Virus record (IMG/VR): IMGVR_UViG_3300042892_003817
DNA from: a virus
Taxonomy: Duplodnaviria > Heunggongvirae > Uroviricota > Caudoviricetes
Length of the DNA: 64,000 nt
Direction: 5' to 3' (one strand)
Shown: in pieces, positions 46,225 to 55,158 of the stretch
How positions within the stretch are numbered: position 1 is the first letter of the stretch
Layout of the letters: each line of letters opens with the position of its first letter
Notes under the pieces: generated by a model
What the model saw: the letters and a program-made list of their open reading frames with translations, nothing else
What the model was told of the DNA's origin: nothing
Database searches by the model: none
Made by a program: the position numbers and the translations under genes

Positions 46225-46674
46225 TTAAGGTACCAAATGTTTTGGGTAATATTTTTCATAAAGCTCTGATTCTTTCTTTCCGCAGTCATTACATTGAACT
46301 CCTCTTCCAATACTGTTTAACATCTGATCATATAAAGAAAGCTTATCTAGTTCTTCTAGTTCTTCCTCAGTAAGATCTTCTCTTTCTAAATTGTTAAACC
46401 ATTTATTGGTAAACCATTCCAGTGAAAATTCTGAGTCTGTTTTTATTTTACTATTAAATTCTTCCTGAGTTAGGCAAGTATCAGTATAAGGACCAGCAAA
46501 TGGAGGATTTTCTAACATCCATTCCTTTTCGTAGCTTTTATAAGCATCAATCAGATTCCACTTATTAATCTTTTCTTCCATTTCAGGAATAGGGATACAC
46601 ATTGTTATAAATCCGTGATAGCAATTTTCTTTTTCTTCACCGCAGTGATGACATGTTTCTAATTTACTTTCCAT
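46225..46674 (-). CDS. Cys-rich zinc-ribbon protein (149 aa)
   Basis: CHHCGEEKENC near the N-terminus and CNDCG near the C-terminus. Confidence 0.45.
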   Translation of the reverse strand: MESKLETCHHCGEEKENCYHGFITMCIPIPEMEEKINKWNLIDAYKSYEKEWMLENPPFAGPYTDTCLTQEEFNSKIKTDSEFSLEWFTNKWFNNLEREDLTEEELEELDKLSLYDQMLNSIGRGVQCNDCGKKESELYEKYYPKHLVP

Positions 46675-46942
46675 TACCTATATCTTTTTTTACTTGATCA
46701 TCCCACTTTTTATTCATTTCATCTAACTTATCTGCTATAAGCCTTAAAGCATATGAACTCCAGTATCCAGAGTCACTTTCTGTATAGAATCCGTAGTATC
46801 CATCCTCCTGTATAAGGAAGGTACCTATTCTTTTTTCACTAAAATACACCTCATATACTCCATGTATTCTGTCTGTAGATTTAAGTTGTATCATTTCCAA
46901 AATAATTGAACCATCATTATTGCAAAAGCTAATCCAAGACAT
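46664..46942 (-). CDS. hypothetical protein (92 aa)
   Basis: ORF. Confidence 0.4.
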   Translation of the reverse strand: MSWISFCNNDGSIILEMIQLKSTDRIHGVYEVYFSEKRIGTFLIQEDGYYGFYTESDSGYWSSYALRLIADKLDEMNKKWDDQVKKDIGNGK

Positions 46943-47229
46943 ATAAGTGTCTTAAGGGTGAATGGTTCTTGAAACCATAAATGTGCCATGTAACTAAATA
47001 CTATTGCTCCGATTGAGAATCCCATTAGTCTTGAAGGCCATAACTCTCCTCCAAAATGTGATACCATATACTTTACAGACATAATATAAAGAAATGAGAT
47101 TGGTACTCCCATCAATGAAACTGCCCATGGATGTTGCTTGAACCATTCCCATCTGAATTGTCCCTGTAGTTGAACAAATGTAAGTATTTGTGCTAGTACT
47201 CCAAAGCTAAAACCTATTATAAAATTCAT
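46891..47229 (-). CDS. membrane protein (112 aa)
   Basis: Multiple TM segments. Confidence 0.4.
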   Translation of the reverse strand: MNFIIGFSFGVLAQILTFVQLQGQFRWEWFKQHPWAVSLMGVPISFLYIMSVKYMVSHFGGELWPSRLMGFSIGAIVFSYMAHLWFQEPFTLKTLICLGLAFAIMMVQLFWK

Positions 47230-47540
47230 ATGTACTGTAATAAAATGTAACTTAATTTATACCCGGTAAATGCTCCAAGTGCTGAAGGGAATGGAAATAC
47301 TATTAGCTTTCCTAAATCTGTTACGTACTTTGGACGGTTAACTATTTTACCTACAAAGAAGTAGTAGGCTAGATATCCTAGCAATACTGCAAGGTCTGTC
47401 TTTGTTGCAATGAATACTACTAGAGTTGCTCCTATGAATCCAAAAGTAAAATTATCTCTAACTCCTTCCCAAATTTCTCTATTGGTTGCTTCTTTATACT
47501 CCTTGATAATCTTATTTACTTTTATCTTCTGTGCTCTCAT
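47226..47540 (-). CDS. membrane protein (104 aa)
   Basis: TM segments. Confidence 0.4.
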   Translation of the reverse strand: MRAQKIKVNKIIKEYKEATNREIWEGVRDNFTFGFIGATLVVFIATKTDLAVLLGYLAYYFFVGKIVNRPKYVTDLGKLIVFPFPSALGAFTGYKLSYILLQYI

Positions 47541-47735
47541 TTATCTTTTTGTTTTATAGTATTTATGACTTGAGTAAACTAATAATTTTCCTGTTAATTC
47601 CCAATCATCATATACTCTATCGAAGTTTGTTATAAGAGCATCTACACTCTTAAAATGAAAATAAGTAGTACAAGAATCAATTACTTTTTCTATCCAATTG
47701 TATACATCGTACTTATTATCTGTTAGTGCTGCCAT
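47541..47735 (-). CDS. hypothetical protein (64 aa)
   Basis: ORF. Confidence 0.35.
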   Translation of the reverse strand: MAALTDNKYDVYNWIEKVIDSCTTYFHFKSVDALITNFDRVYDDWELTGKLLVYSSHKYYKTKR

Positions 47736-47953
47736 TATAGTCTGCTGAATTTTAATACTTTAGTCGCTTTTACTGCTTCTAGGAACTGTCTGTGTGCTGA
47801 TTTTTGTGAAGGCTTTCTTCCAGTTGGAGTTGTTATCTTCTTTACTGCTCTAGGCTTTCCTTGTTCTCCCCAATGAATAAAATAATGTTCTCTATCTTTT
47901 ACAAATGCAATTTCATTTCCATTCACCGTCACTGTCAATAATGTTTTTTTCAT
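47735..47953 (-). CDS. hypothetical basic protein (72 aa)
   Basis: ORF. Confidence 0.4.
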   Translation of the reverse strand: MKKTLLTVTVNGNEIAFVKDREHYFIHWGEQGKPRAVKKITTPTGRKPSQKSAHRQFLEAVKATKVLKFSRL

Positions 47954-48279
47954 TTTATATAATTTCTATCTATTAAATCATTCCAGGTTAAAATTCCTAC
48001 TAAATGTATAATTGAATAGGAGTCTGTGTAGGTTGAAACAGCTCCATACTCTGGATGATCAAAGTCAATCTGATAGCATTCATCTAGAACTGTTATAATG
48101 CATTCTAGATTATGGTATACATTGTTATCAAGTACATCTTTTGAAAATCCATTCTTAAGAAGAAATGATCCTATGTAAGGATTTTTATCTTCAACTAACC
48201 TCTTACCCCAAGTATCTGAGTTGCCTATTGGAGATTTATCATTATCAAATCTCTCAGAATATTTTTCAAGTCTTTGCAT
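47950..48279 (-). CDS. hypothetical protein (109 aa)
   Basis: ORF. Confidence 0.4.
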   Translation of the reverse strand: MQRLEKYSERFDNDKSPIGNSDTWGKRLVEDKNPYIGSFLLKNGFSKDVLDNNVYHNLECIITVLDECYQIDFDHPEYGAVSTYTDSYSIIHLVGILTWNDLIDRNYIK

Positions 48280-48281
48280 TA

Positions 48282-48629
48282 CTATAAGCTTGTTAATACT
48301 GTATCCAGCATATTTGTTTCATTTACAAATAGTTTGTCTTCTAAGGCTTGTCTATTCTCTTCCATGTGAGCATGAATTATTTTTATGATCATATCATAAG
48401 CTTTTGAATGCAAAGACTTTGCAAAAGAAAACTTAGAGTTAGTAATCTGAATTCCATTCTCTTTTAGCAAAACATAGTAATGTTTCTGCTCATTGATAAG
48501 AAAATACTTATCTGTTAGAGGTGTCATCCTTAAAGATGTTTTAGGATGTGCTAATAATTTAGTAACAATATCTATGAATTGTTGCTCTTGCTGTGTTGGT
48601 GTGTACTTGAAAAATCTTTTGAATATCAT
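48282..48629 (-). CDS. hypothetical protein (115 aa)
   Basis: ORF. Confidence 0.4.
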   Translation of the reverse strand: MIFKRFFKYTPTQQEQQFIDIVTKLLAHPKTSLRMTPLTDKYFLINEQKHYYVLLKENGIQITNSKFSFAKSLHSKAYDMIIKIIHAHMEENRQALEDKLFVNETNMLDTVLTSL

Positions 48630-48634
48630 AACCT

Positions 48635-48871
48635 TTATTTTTTAATTACTACTTGTTTTATTCTATCAAATAATGTTTCTAGTTCCTCTATTGAACCTAC
48701 TGACCATTTGTCTGTTTTTAGTATAAAGAAACAATCCTCGTCTCTATCAATTCCTATACTTGAACGTGCTTCTATCTCTAAAGATTCATACTCATCCCTG
48801 TCTGATAAACAATTAGCATCTTGTGAGAATATAAATGATGCTTGTTCTAATAATGTACCTTGATCTTCCAT
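48635..48871 (-). CDS. hypothetical protein (78 aa)
   Basis: ORF with promoter module 48877-48925. Confidence 0.4.
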   Translation of the reverse strand: MEDQGTLLEQASFIFSQDANCLSDRDEYESLEIEARSSIGIDRDEDCFFILKTDKWSVGSIEELETLFDRIKQVVIKK

Positions 48872-48876
48872 AACCT

Positions 48877-48925
48877 TTTTAATTATACTTAAAGATAAGA
48901 AAAAGGCTCCGAAGAGCCAACTTTT
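48877..48925 (-). promoter_or_regulatory. promoter module with an embedded GGCUC-UUCG-GAGCC hairpin (48905-48918)
   Basis: tatacttaaagataagaaaaaggctccgaagagccaact; the hairpin is identical to the one at 39933-39946. Confidence 0.45.
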
Positions 48926-48926
48926 C

Positions 48927-49643
48927 TTAAATAAATTTTACTGTATTTGTTTCCTTGTCCCAATCAAACGTCATTGGCTTTTGAGTGTACTCGTAAGCCT
49001 CATCCAATACTGATGCATTAAAGAAGTGAGTACCATTTTTAAACTCATAACCATATCCTGAATGAATATGTCCACATACATGGATCTTTGGTTTAATAAT
49101 TTCAATTCTTTGAGCTAACAATTCGCATCCTAATCCGTCCCAAGGTCTTCCTGCTACTGTATCTAGAGTTCCAAATGAAGGACCATGTGTAACCAAGATG
49201 TCTGTGTTGTCAGGAATACCTTCCCACTTACCTGCTATTTCAATTCCATTTTTTGGTAAATTGAATGCCCAAGAATAGAATTCCGGTTGCCAAGGTGATC
49301 CGTAAATGCGAATATTGTCTTGAGGAGAATCTCCATTTGGACCATCTCCGTATAGTACTAAGTCATCATCTTGAAGATAGATTATATCTCCAAACTTGTC
49401 TACCCATTCCTTTACATCCTCAGGATGATTTTCAAACATTCGATCGTGGTTACCTGCTATGAATACTTTGTCTTGGTATTGCTTTAGAGATTGGAACCAA
49501 TGACAGAAATCCCAGATGTCGTTCTTGTTGTACCCTGAATTCATTATGTCTCCAGCATGAATAAGAAGATCACCTCCAGGTAAATCTTCCATAGGAATCA
49601 ATCCATGTCTTGTATGTGTGTCTGATAGTACTGTTATTCTCAT
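48927..49643 (-). CDS. calcineurin-like metallophosphoesterase (238 aa)
   Basis: LSDTH, HAGD, GNHD, GH-x-H metallophosphoesterase motif series. Confidence 0.7.
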   Translation of the reverse strand: MRITVLSDTHTRHGLIPMEDLPGGDLLIHAGDIMNSGYNKNDIWDFCHWFQSLKQYQDKVFIAGNHDRMFENHPEDVKEWVDKFGDIIYLQDDDLVLYGDGPNGDSPQDNIRIYGSPWQPEFYSWAFNLPKNGIEIAGKWEGIPDNTDILVTHGPSFGTLDTVAGRPWDGLGCELLAQRIEIIKPKIHVCGHIHSGYGYEFKNGTHFFNASVLDEAYEYTQKPMTFDWDKETNTVKFI

Positions 49644-49873
49644 TATAGTTTTTTGTTTTTAAAGTTTTGCCAAGATTCATCTTCTTCTAAAAATTTCTCA
49701 ATAAAAATAACTAACCCTGCTCCTAAGGCTGCAATGTTCATTATAGGAATGAATAAAAAAGGAAGTGGTTCTAAAAAGTCTTTTACTGACCCTCCTTCTT
49801 TTTTTATTAGGAAATATGCCACTAACATACTAAGTACTAGTGGTAAAACGTAAAGTAATAATATCCAAATCAT
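49643..49873 (-). CDS. small membrane protein (76 aa)
   Basis: 2 TM. Confidence 0.35.
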   Translation of the reverse strand: MIWILLLYVLPLVLSMLVAYFLIKKEGGSVKDFLEPLPFLFIPIMNIAALGAGLVIFIEKFLEEDESWQNFKNKKL

Positions 49874-49876
49874 AAT

Positions 49877-50233
49877 CTATATTTTAAATAATTCGTAGTT
49901 ACTATTTTCTGTATTAAATTTAATATAATCTTCTCTTTGCTCTACAATCTCTGTTACTAGAGTTGTTTGCCAAGTAAATGAAGGTCCGAATGGAGACATT
50001 AATAAACTTCTTCCAACAGCAATGTCTTCAAAGTCTGCTTTATACCTTCCTTCCTCGTTAAACTCTAACCATTTTACTCCTACTGATGTTTTAGTTAGAC
50101 CGTCTCTTTCTCTTACTAATTTGTAGTTTGGTTTTAATTCTTTACCAAATATGGACTTAAATGCTTCATCTAGATCAAATGTACCTTCCTCAGTTTGAGT
50201 TAGTAATACTTTTGGTTGTGCTCCTCCTATCAT
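49877..50233 (-). CDS. hypothetical protein (118 aa)
   Basis: ORF. Confidence 0.4.
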   Translation of the reverse strand: MIGGAQPKVLLTQTEEGTFDLDEAFKSIFGKELKPNYKLVRERDGLTKTSVGVKWLEFNEEGRYKADFEDIAVGRSLLMSPFGPSFTWQTTLVTEIVEQREDYIKFNTENSNYELFKI

Positions 50234-50236
50234 AAC

Positions 50237-50647
50237 TTATACTGTATGTTCAATTTGTACTCTTACACAATTCTGAGGTAATCTGTGGATATGTCTGTAG
50301 TTGTTTATGTACCCCATCATGTTAGCACTCCCCACAGCATTTGCAGAATGTATTACAACATCAACAACAGGAGCTCCGTCCAACCATTTATCCACCAGCC
50401 ATTTAGTGCAATCCATTCCAGTTTTCTCTTCAATGTTATCATAATTTAATTCATAATTGTGATACACGTTTGAGTGCCATTCAGCCATTGCCGAAGGTCC
50501 TAAATCGTGATCTAATGAAATTATATCAATGTTTTCCAGTCCTAAGTCTTGTACCTTTTGTACAAACTCTTCGTAATTTCTTACCACGATCCAAGTTGGA
50601 TCAACTGGTGTTCTTACGTCGTCTAAGTATATTCTATGTCTTAGCAT
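50237..50647 (-). CDS. hypothetical protein with LDHDLG / VHSAN-x2-G motifs (136 aa)
   Basis: ORF; the motifs suggest a small alpha/beta nucleotide-processing domain. Confidence 0.4.
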   Translation of the reverse strand: MLRHRIYLDDVRTPVDPTWIVVRNYEEFVQKVQDLGLENIDIISLDHDLGPSAMAEWHSNVYHNYELNYDNIEEKTGMDCTKWLVDKWLDGAPVVDVVIHSANAVGSANMMGYINNYRHIHRLPQNCVRVQIEHTV

Positions 50648-50773
50648 CTTCTTTTTCTTCGTTAAATAAATCTTCTCCTTTGTAGTCTGGATGATTTGTA
50701 TTCATGTAATCAATTCCTTCTACCCACAGTCCTACTGCTATTATAAAAGCTGCTGCTACTACTGATACTATTA

Positions 50774-51391
50774 CTAATCCCACCATCCTTCAATATTTTC
50801 TTCCATTATTTTAAATAGCAATTTTCTTGCCCTATCTTGATTTATATGTGCAATGCTCATTGCAATGATTCTTTTCATTTCAGATTCATCTCTACCATCT
50901 AGAGTAAATGGCCCTTCACCTTTTAATACTCTTTTATAAACTAAAGGATACTTTTTAAAGAACTCATCATAATTTTCCCATACCTCTTCTGAATTATATA
51001 AAGATGATCCTGGTCTGTCTTCACAATCAGTAAACCAAACTCTGTCTTTATGGTAATCCATATACTCCATTGAGTAAGGCTCTTCCTGACATGCTTTAAT
51101 TAATTTAACACATAGTCTCATTCTACGAGCGTCTTGTTGTGCTCTTGTATGAAAATCTCTTCTACCGATATAATTGGCTTGAGCTTTCAATTTATGCTTC
51201 ATTATTTCATAGATGTAATGTCCATCCCAATTTCTGTCTTTCCAGATGATTGGAAACCAATAGACAATGTTCTTTACTCCTTGTATGAAGTATTTGTGAT
51301 AATACTTTCCGTCATGCTCCCACCACAGCCATATTCTTCTAAAGAAGTTTGGTCTTGGTTGGTTTTTTAAATCTTCAAAAAAATCTTCCAT
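50774..51391 (-). CDS. hypothetical protein (205 aa)
   Basis: ORF. Confidence 0.45.
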   Translation of the reverse strand: MEDFFEDLKNQPRPNFFRRIWLWWEHDGKYYHKYFIQGVKNIVYWFPIIWKDRNWDGHYIYEIMKHKLKAQANYIGRRDFHTRAQQDARRMRLCVKLIKACQEEPYSMEYMDYHKDRVWFTDCEDRPGSSLYNSEEVWENYDEFFKKYPLVYKRVLKGEGPFTLDGRDESEMKRIIAMSIAHINQDRARKLLFKIMEENIEGWWD

Positions 51392-51392
51392 A

Positions 51393-51953
51393 CTAGAATT
51401 TATTTTTTAATTCTTCTTTTTTAATTATCTCTTTTAATCTCTGAACGTAAGTTAAATCCTCAGCATAATTCTGTCTTAAGTATTCAAAATACTCTCCTTC
51501 AGTTTTAATACTTCTTAAGTAAGATGAATAGTATAAAGCATAATCGATAACTGATTCTTGCCATGTTTCATAATAGGCATGACCTCTATTTGTTCCTTTT
51601 GCTAAATTAGCTCTTAACTTAGCTTCTTTCATACCGAACATGTTATTGTTCTCTAGAAAGATAGTTGATTTAAAATGCCCTGATTCTAATTTAGCTTGTG
51701 CTAAAATAATATAAGGATACTTAAAATTTAACTCTGTAATCTTTTCAATTAGTTTAGTCTCACTAAACTCGTTATATTCTCTAACTACAATCAATTTCTC
51801 TTCCTGAGAAAGATTCTGTACTTCATTAGCTGGATTAGATGTAAATCCAAATACTAATAGTAATCCTACTGCTGCTCCGAATCCTAGTAATGACTTGTTG
51901 GTCAATTTAACTTTTTCTGGTAACAGTGTCTGTTCATTAAATTTGTAATACAT
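51393..51953 (-). CDS. membrane-anchored peptidoglycan hydrolase, mannosyl-glycoprotein endo-beta-N-acetylglucosaminidase (FlgJ-like) domain (186 aa)
   Basis: N-terminal TM; ILAQAKLESGHFKS...NNMFGMK matches the glucosaminidase-domain signature. Confidence 0.55.
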   Translation of the reverse strand: MYYKFNEQTLLPEKVKLTNKSLLGFGAAVGLLLVFGFTSNPANEVQNLSQEEKLIVVREYNEFSETKLIEKITELNFKYPYIILAQAKLESGHFKSTIFLENNNMFGMKEAKLRANLAKGTNRGHAYYETWQESVIDYALYYSSYLRSIKTEGEYFEYLRQNYAEDLTYVQRLKEIIKKEELKNKF

Positions 51954-51961
51954 AACCTTTT

Positions 51962-52013
51962 TGTTTAATTATTATACCTAAATATATGAAAAAAGAGTTG
52001 AACTAGCAACTCT
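51962..52013 (-). promoter_or_regulatory. early-type promoter module
   Basis: tatacctaaatatatgaaaaaagagttgaactagcaact. Confidence 0.5.
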
Positions 52014-52026
52014 TTTAACAATTATT

Positions 52027-53154
52027 TTAGTGAGAATCTCCTACATCATTCTTCTCTCCGTAGATCAAATAGTCTGGATTGATTACCTTTGCTACCTTTT
52101 GACGTTCACCGGTGAAGTATTTAATTACAATTCCTTCATGTGGTACTTTAGTTCCTTCAATGAAGTTGTTGAATGTAAATTTATCTTGGATTTCTTGTGT
52201 CCAATCCCCATAATGTAAAACCTCTACATAAGGTAATTTTAAATGGTTTTCAATTAAAACCCAAGCATCATATGTACTTACGTATTCTCCTTTAAGTTTC
52301 ACATCAAACCCTGCAAACTCAATATCAGTCAAACCATAGTCATAGTTTTTCTGAATACCTGCTCCGTAAATCTCTCCGTATAGGATAATACCTTCACCTA
52401 TTTCAATATTTCTGTTTTTAATATAACTCCAAAGTTTTTCTTTGATGTTATACTTTTCAGCGATTGTTCTCCAAACATCAGTTGAATAGAATCCTTGAGA
52501 GTCACTTCCTTTTTCACAGTTATGAGATCCATAAATGTATTCATAGTCAATCCATTCATCAGCTAGTCTAAAGAATTTTTTTACTTTATCCCAGAATGAT
52601 AATTTACCTTTCTTTACAATACCGTATCTAGCATTTGTACCGTGAACCTTTCTAGTAATTTCTACTAAATCTTCTTCAGTAAACATTCCTGCTACGTTTT
52701 TAAGGTTTGGGAATTTGTAGTAGATATGGAAGTTTTGATTGTCTCTCCATTTAATTTTTCTACCTGAAGCAAGTTGAATTTGCTTAACTGGTGGTTCGTA
52801 TTTTACAATACCAAATTTTTCCATCATGTCATCTCCATCTTGGTATCTGTCTCCATATCCTGGAATGTATTTGGTTGGAATGATTAGACATTCAGAATAA
52901 ACTCCTCTTAATTTTACAGTTCTTACTCTACCTCCTTTTCTTAGATAAGAAGTAACTCCCATTTTTTCAGAAAATGCTTCTGGAATTACTGCATCCGTAG
53001 TTGCAATAACTGTTAAGTCACCTTCTTTAAATTCACCTTTTTTGGTAATAGCATTCCATCCTCCAACAACTACTTGTTCGATGTTGTCAGCTCCTTCGAT
53101 TGCTTTTACTTCTTTGATTGTTGCTACAAAGCAAACACTATTTTGATTTTCCAT
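52027..53154 (-). CDS. ATP-dependent RNA ligase, Rnl2-like nucleotidyltransferase with an N-terminal extension (375 aa)
   Basis: Motif I KVHGTN (Rnl2 KIHGTN), motif IV-like EGIVIKY, motif V KVAKVINPD. Confidence 0.6.
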   Translation of the reverse strand: MENQNSVCFVATIKEVKAIEGADNIEQVVVGGWNAITKKGEFKEGDLTVIATTDAVIPEAFSEKMGVTSYLRKGGRVRTVKLRGVYSECLIIPTKYIPGYGDRYQDGDDMMEKFGIVKYEPPVKQIQLASGRKIKWRDNQNFHIYYKFPNLKNVAGMFTEEDLVEITRKVHGTNARYGIVKKGKLSFWDKVKKFFRLADEWIDYEYIYGSHNCEKGSDSQGFYSTDVWRTIAEKYNIKEKLWSYIKNRNIEIGEGIILYGEIYGAGIQKNYDYGLTDIEFAGFDVKLKGEYVSTYDAWVLIENHLKLPYVEVLHYGDWTQEIQDKFTFNNFIEGTKVPHEGIVIKYFTGERQKVAKVINPDYLIYGEKNDVGDSH

Positions 53155-53253
53155 TTTTTATTTCTTTTTAAGTTCATTTAAAATATCATGCAATTTAAAA
53201 CCTATGTACCATAAAGACACTACTATTAACCATACTTTCCAAAATTCCATTTC

Positions 53254-53661
53254 TTATAATTTTATTTCGAATCTATTTTTCATTTGTACTAATTTTTCTT
53301 CTGGGACTCCATGCTCGTTTACTCCTCCATGTCTATTTTCTACAATCAAAGAATAAACTCTGTATCTGTATTTTTCTGCTAGATCAAAGTATGGTTGCAT
53401 TTCCCATTCCTGAGTGAATGTATTCGACACTACAATCCTGTTTGCTGGGTGTATATGTGCTCCAAATCCTTTCATAATAGCTTCTACACGATCTTGGCAC
53501 CACTTATGAGCGTCTTTTAATTTAGAAGCATCAAATCTATACTCTCCTTTCTCATCTAAGAAAAAAAGATCTGCTTCAAAAAAAGATCCTCCTGTTAAAG
53601 ATTCTGCTAATGTTGATTTACCTGATCCAGGTAATCCTCTTAATAAAAATAACTCTTTCAT
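53254..53661 (-). CDS. P-loop polynucleotide 5'-kinase-like protein (AAA_33 / T4 Pnk kinase-domain-like, 135 aa)
   Basis: LLRGLPGSGKSTLAESL Walker A and FEADLFF acid motif resembling the T4 Pnk N-terminus. Confidence 0.55.
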   Translation of the reverse strand: MKELFLLRGLPGSGKSTLAESLTGGSFFEADLFFLDEKGEYRFDASKLKDAHKWCQDRVEAIMKGFGAHIHPANRIVVSNTFTQEWEMQPYFDLAEKYRYRVYSLIVENRHGGVNEHGVPEEKLVQMKNRFEIKL

Positions 53662-53873
53662 ATTTTCTTTTTTAACATCATATTACTATGGTCTCCATGT
53701 TTACGTAAAAACTCTTGAGTAAAACATTTAGGTTCTGGTATTAGATCTAACCTAGATGCAGCTCTTGCTGTATAATCTCTCTGAGTAGTTATGTTAAACT
53801 CTTCAGTATTATAAAATTTATACCATTGAGGTTCTTTAACCTTTTGTGGACTGTATGAGTATATTATATTCAT
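53658..53873 (-). CDS. hypothetical protein (71 aa)
   Basis: ORF within the RNA-repair operon. Confidence 0.35.
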   Translation of the reverse strand: MNIIYSYSPQKVKEPQWYKFYNTEEFNITTQRDYTARAASRLDLIPEPKCFTQEFLRKHGDHSNMMLKKKI

Positions 53874-53874
53874 A

Positions 53875-54525
53875 TTAAATTCTCTTTTCGTGATGATCCT
53901 TTGGTAAAGCTAATTTTTTAACTGGACGATCTTTCATCAATTCTACTATTTCATCTAATGATAAAGGCTCTAAACCATTTCCATCTACTCCAACATCCAT
54001 TGCCTTACCTTCTGCTATTCTTAGGTGTGAAGGTAAATGAACGTGGCCATGCAAGTGAATTACTCCTTGGTTCATATCATGCCATGACGCTATTGGATAG
54101 TGCATACAAACGAAAATAAACTTTTCAGTTGTTGCTTTATTGATTGGTCTTTGTACTTCTAATCTCAAATAGTTTTGTACTGAAGAGAATAGTTTTTGTA
54201 CTCCCTCTTTGTTTCTTTCGATGTGATGATCATGGTTTCCAAATGTCAAGTGAATGTTTTTACAGTTGATTTGACTTCTGAATTCTTCAATCTTATCAAA
54301 TCCTCCAAATGACCAGTCACCTAAATGGATTAAGATATCATCTTCACCGACCATGTTGTTAATGTTATCAACTAGTCTTTGGTTCATATCTTCCAATGAA
54401 TCAAACTTACGAGCATATCCATCATTCACTGACCAGTTTGTAGTAGCACTACAAATGTTTGAGTGTGAGTAATGTGTGTCTGATGTAAAGAACAATTGCT
54501 GTCCTTTTTCTAATACTAGTTTCAT
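53875..54525 (-). CDS. calcineurin-like metallophosphoesterase (216 aa); candidate 2',3'-phosphatase partner of the kinase and ligase
   Basis: FTSDTHYSH, HLGDW, GNHDHH, HGHVH motifs. Confidence 0.65.
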   Translation of the reverse strand: MKLVLEKGQQLFFTSDTHYSHSNICSATTNWSVNDGYARKFDSLEDMNQRLVDNINNMVGEDDILIHLGDWSFGGFDKIEEFRSQINCKNIHLTFGNHDHHIERNKEGVQKLFSSVQNYLRLEVQRPINKATTEKFIFVCMHYPIASWHDMNQGVIHLHGHVHLPSHLRIAEGKAMDVGVDGNGLEPLSLDEIVELMKDRPVKKLALPKDHHEKRI

Positions 54526-54526
54526 T

Positions 54527-54817
54527 TTAATCTATTGTATTAACTGGGAATAACATATTTCCTTTTATTGATATTTTTTTACTTGATGTAGAATCTATTA
54601 CCAAGTCTGCACTGTATAATGCTCTCTTTGTAATCTCTACATCCATTGTTACTGTCTTTTCATTTACCTTACTTATAGTACCTATTCGTACATAAGTAAA
54701 TCCATTTTCATTTCTGGAGTATCCGTATCGCTGTCCTATTTGAATCTCTATTCCTAATGCATCTTTCATAATCTTTTTTCTATACCTAAATATACGAATA
54801 AAAGCCTGCCTAAGCAA
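54527..54817 (-). CDS. hypothetical protein (96 aa)
   Basis: ORF with promoter module 54775-54822. Confidence 0.4.
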   Translation of the reverse strand: MLRQAFIRIFRYRKKIMKDALGIEIQIGQRYGYSRNENGFTYVRIGTISKVNEKTVTMDVEITKRALYSADLVIDSTSSKKISIKGNMLFPVNTID

Positions 54818-55158
54818 GCTTTTTGTTAATTATTTTTAAAAAAATGTTGCTGGGATGTAAAGCATATAGCCTAGGTCAAATGCAAAATCAAAGTCAAAAA
54901 CCTTCCACTACCACAAGGGCAAGGACAAAAACTAAGTCTTAGAGTCGCTAGCCACTTTTAGTCTCCCTCAAGAGTAACATGTCTAGCTGTTGAGTTCTAT
55001 CTCAGTTTGGTTTAAGTTGTAGGGAAGCGAGTTTTAAAGGGCCCATGGCCGTTTAGTCTGTAGATGATTACATATATCATATAGTTTATATTTAAAACTC
55101 TACTATCCCAGCATAAAGCTTTGGAGGATCGGCTTGTGCTTACCTCCTTAGCACCAAA

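Noticed and set aside
55121-55158. tmRNA-like 3' end (GGAGG...CCUCC hairpin followed by GCACCA)
   Set aside because: No T-arm, no tag-peptide reading frame and no 5' tRNA-like domain. Coincidental CCA.
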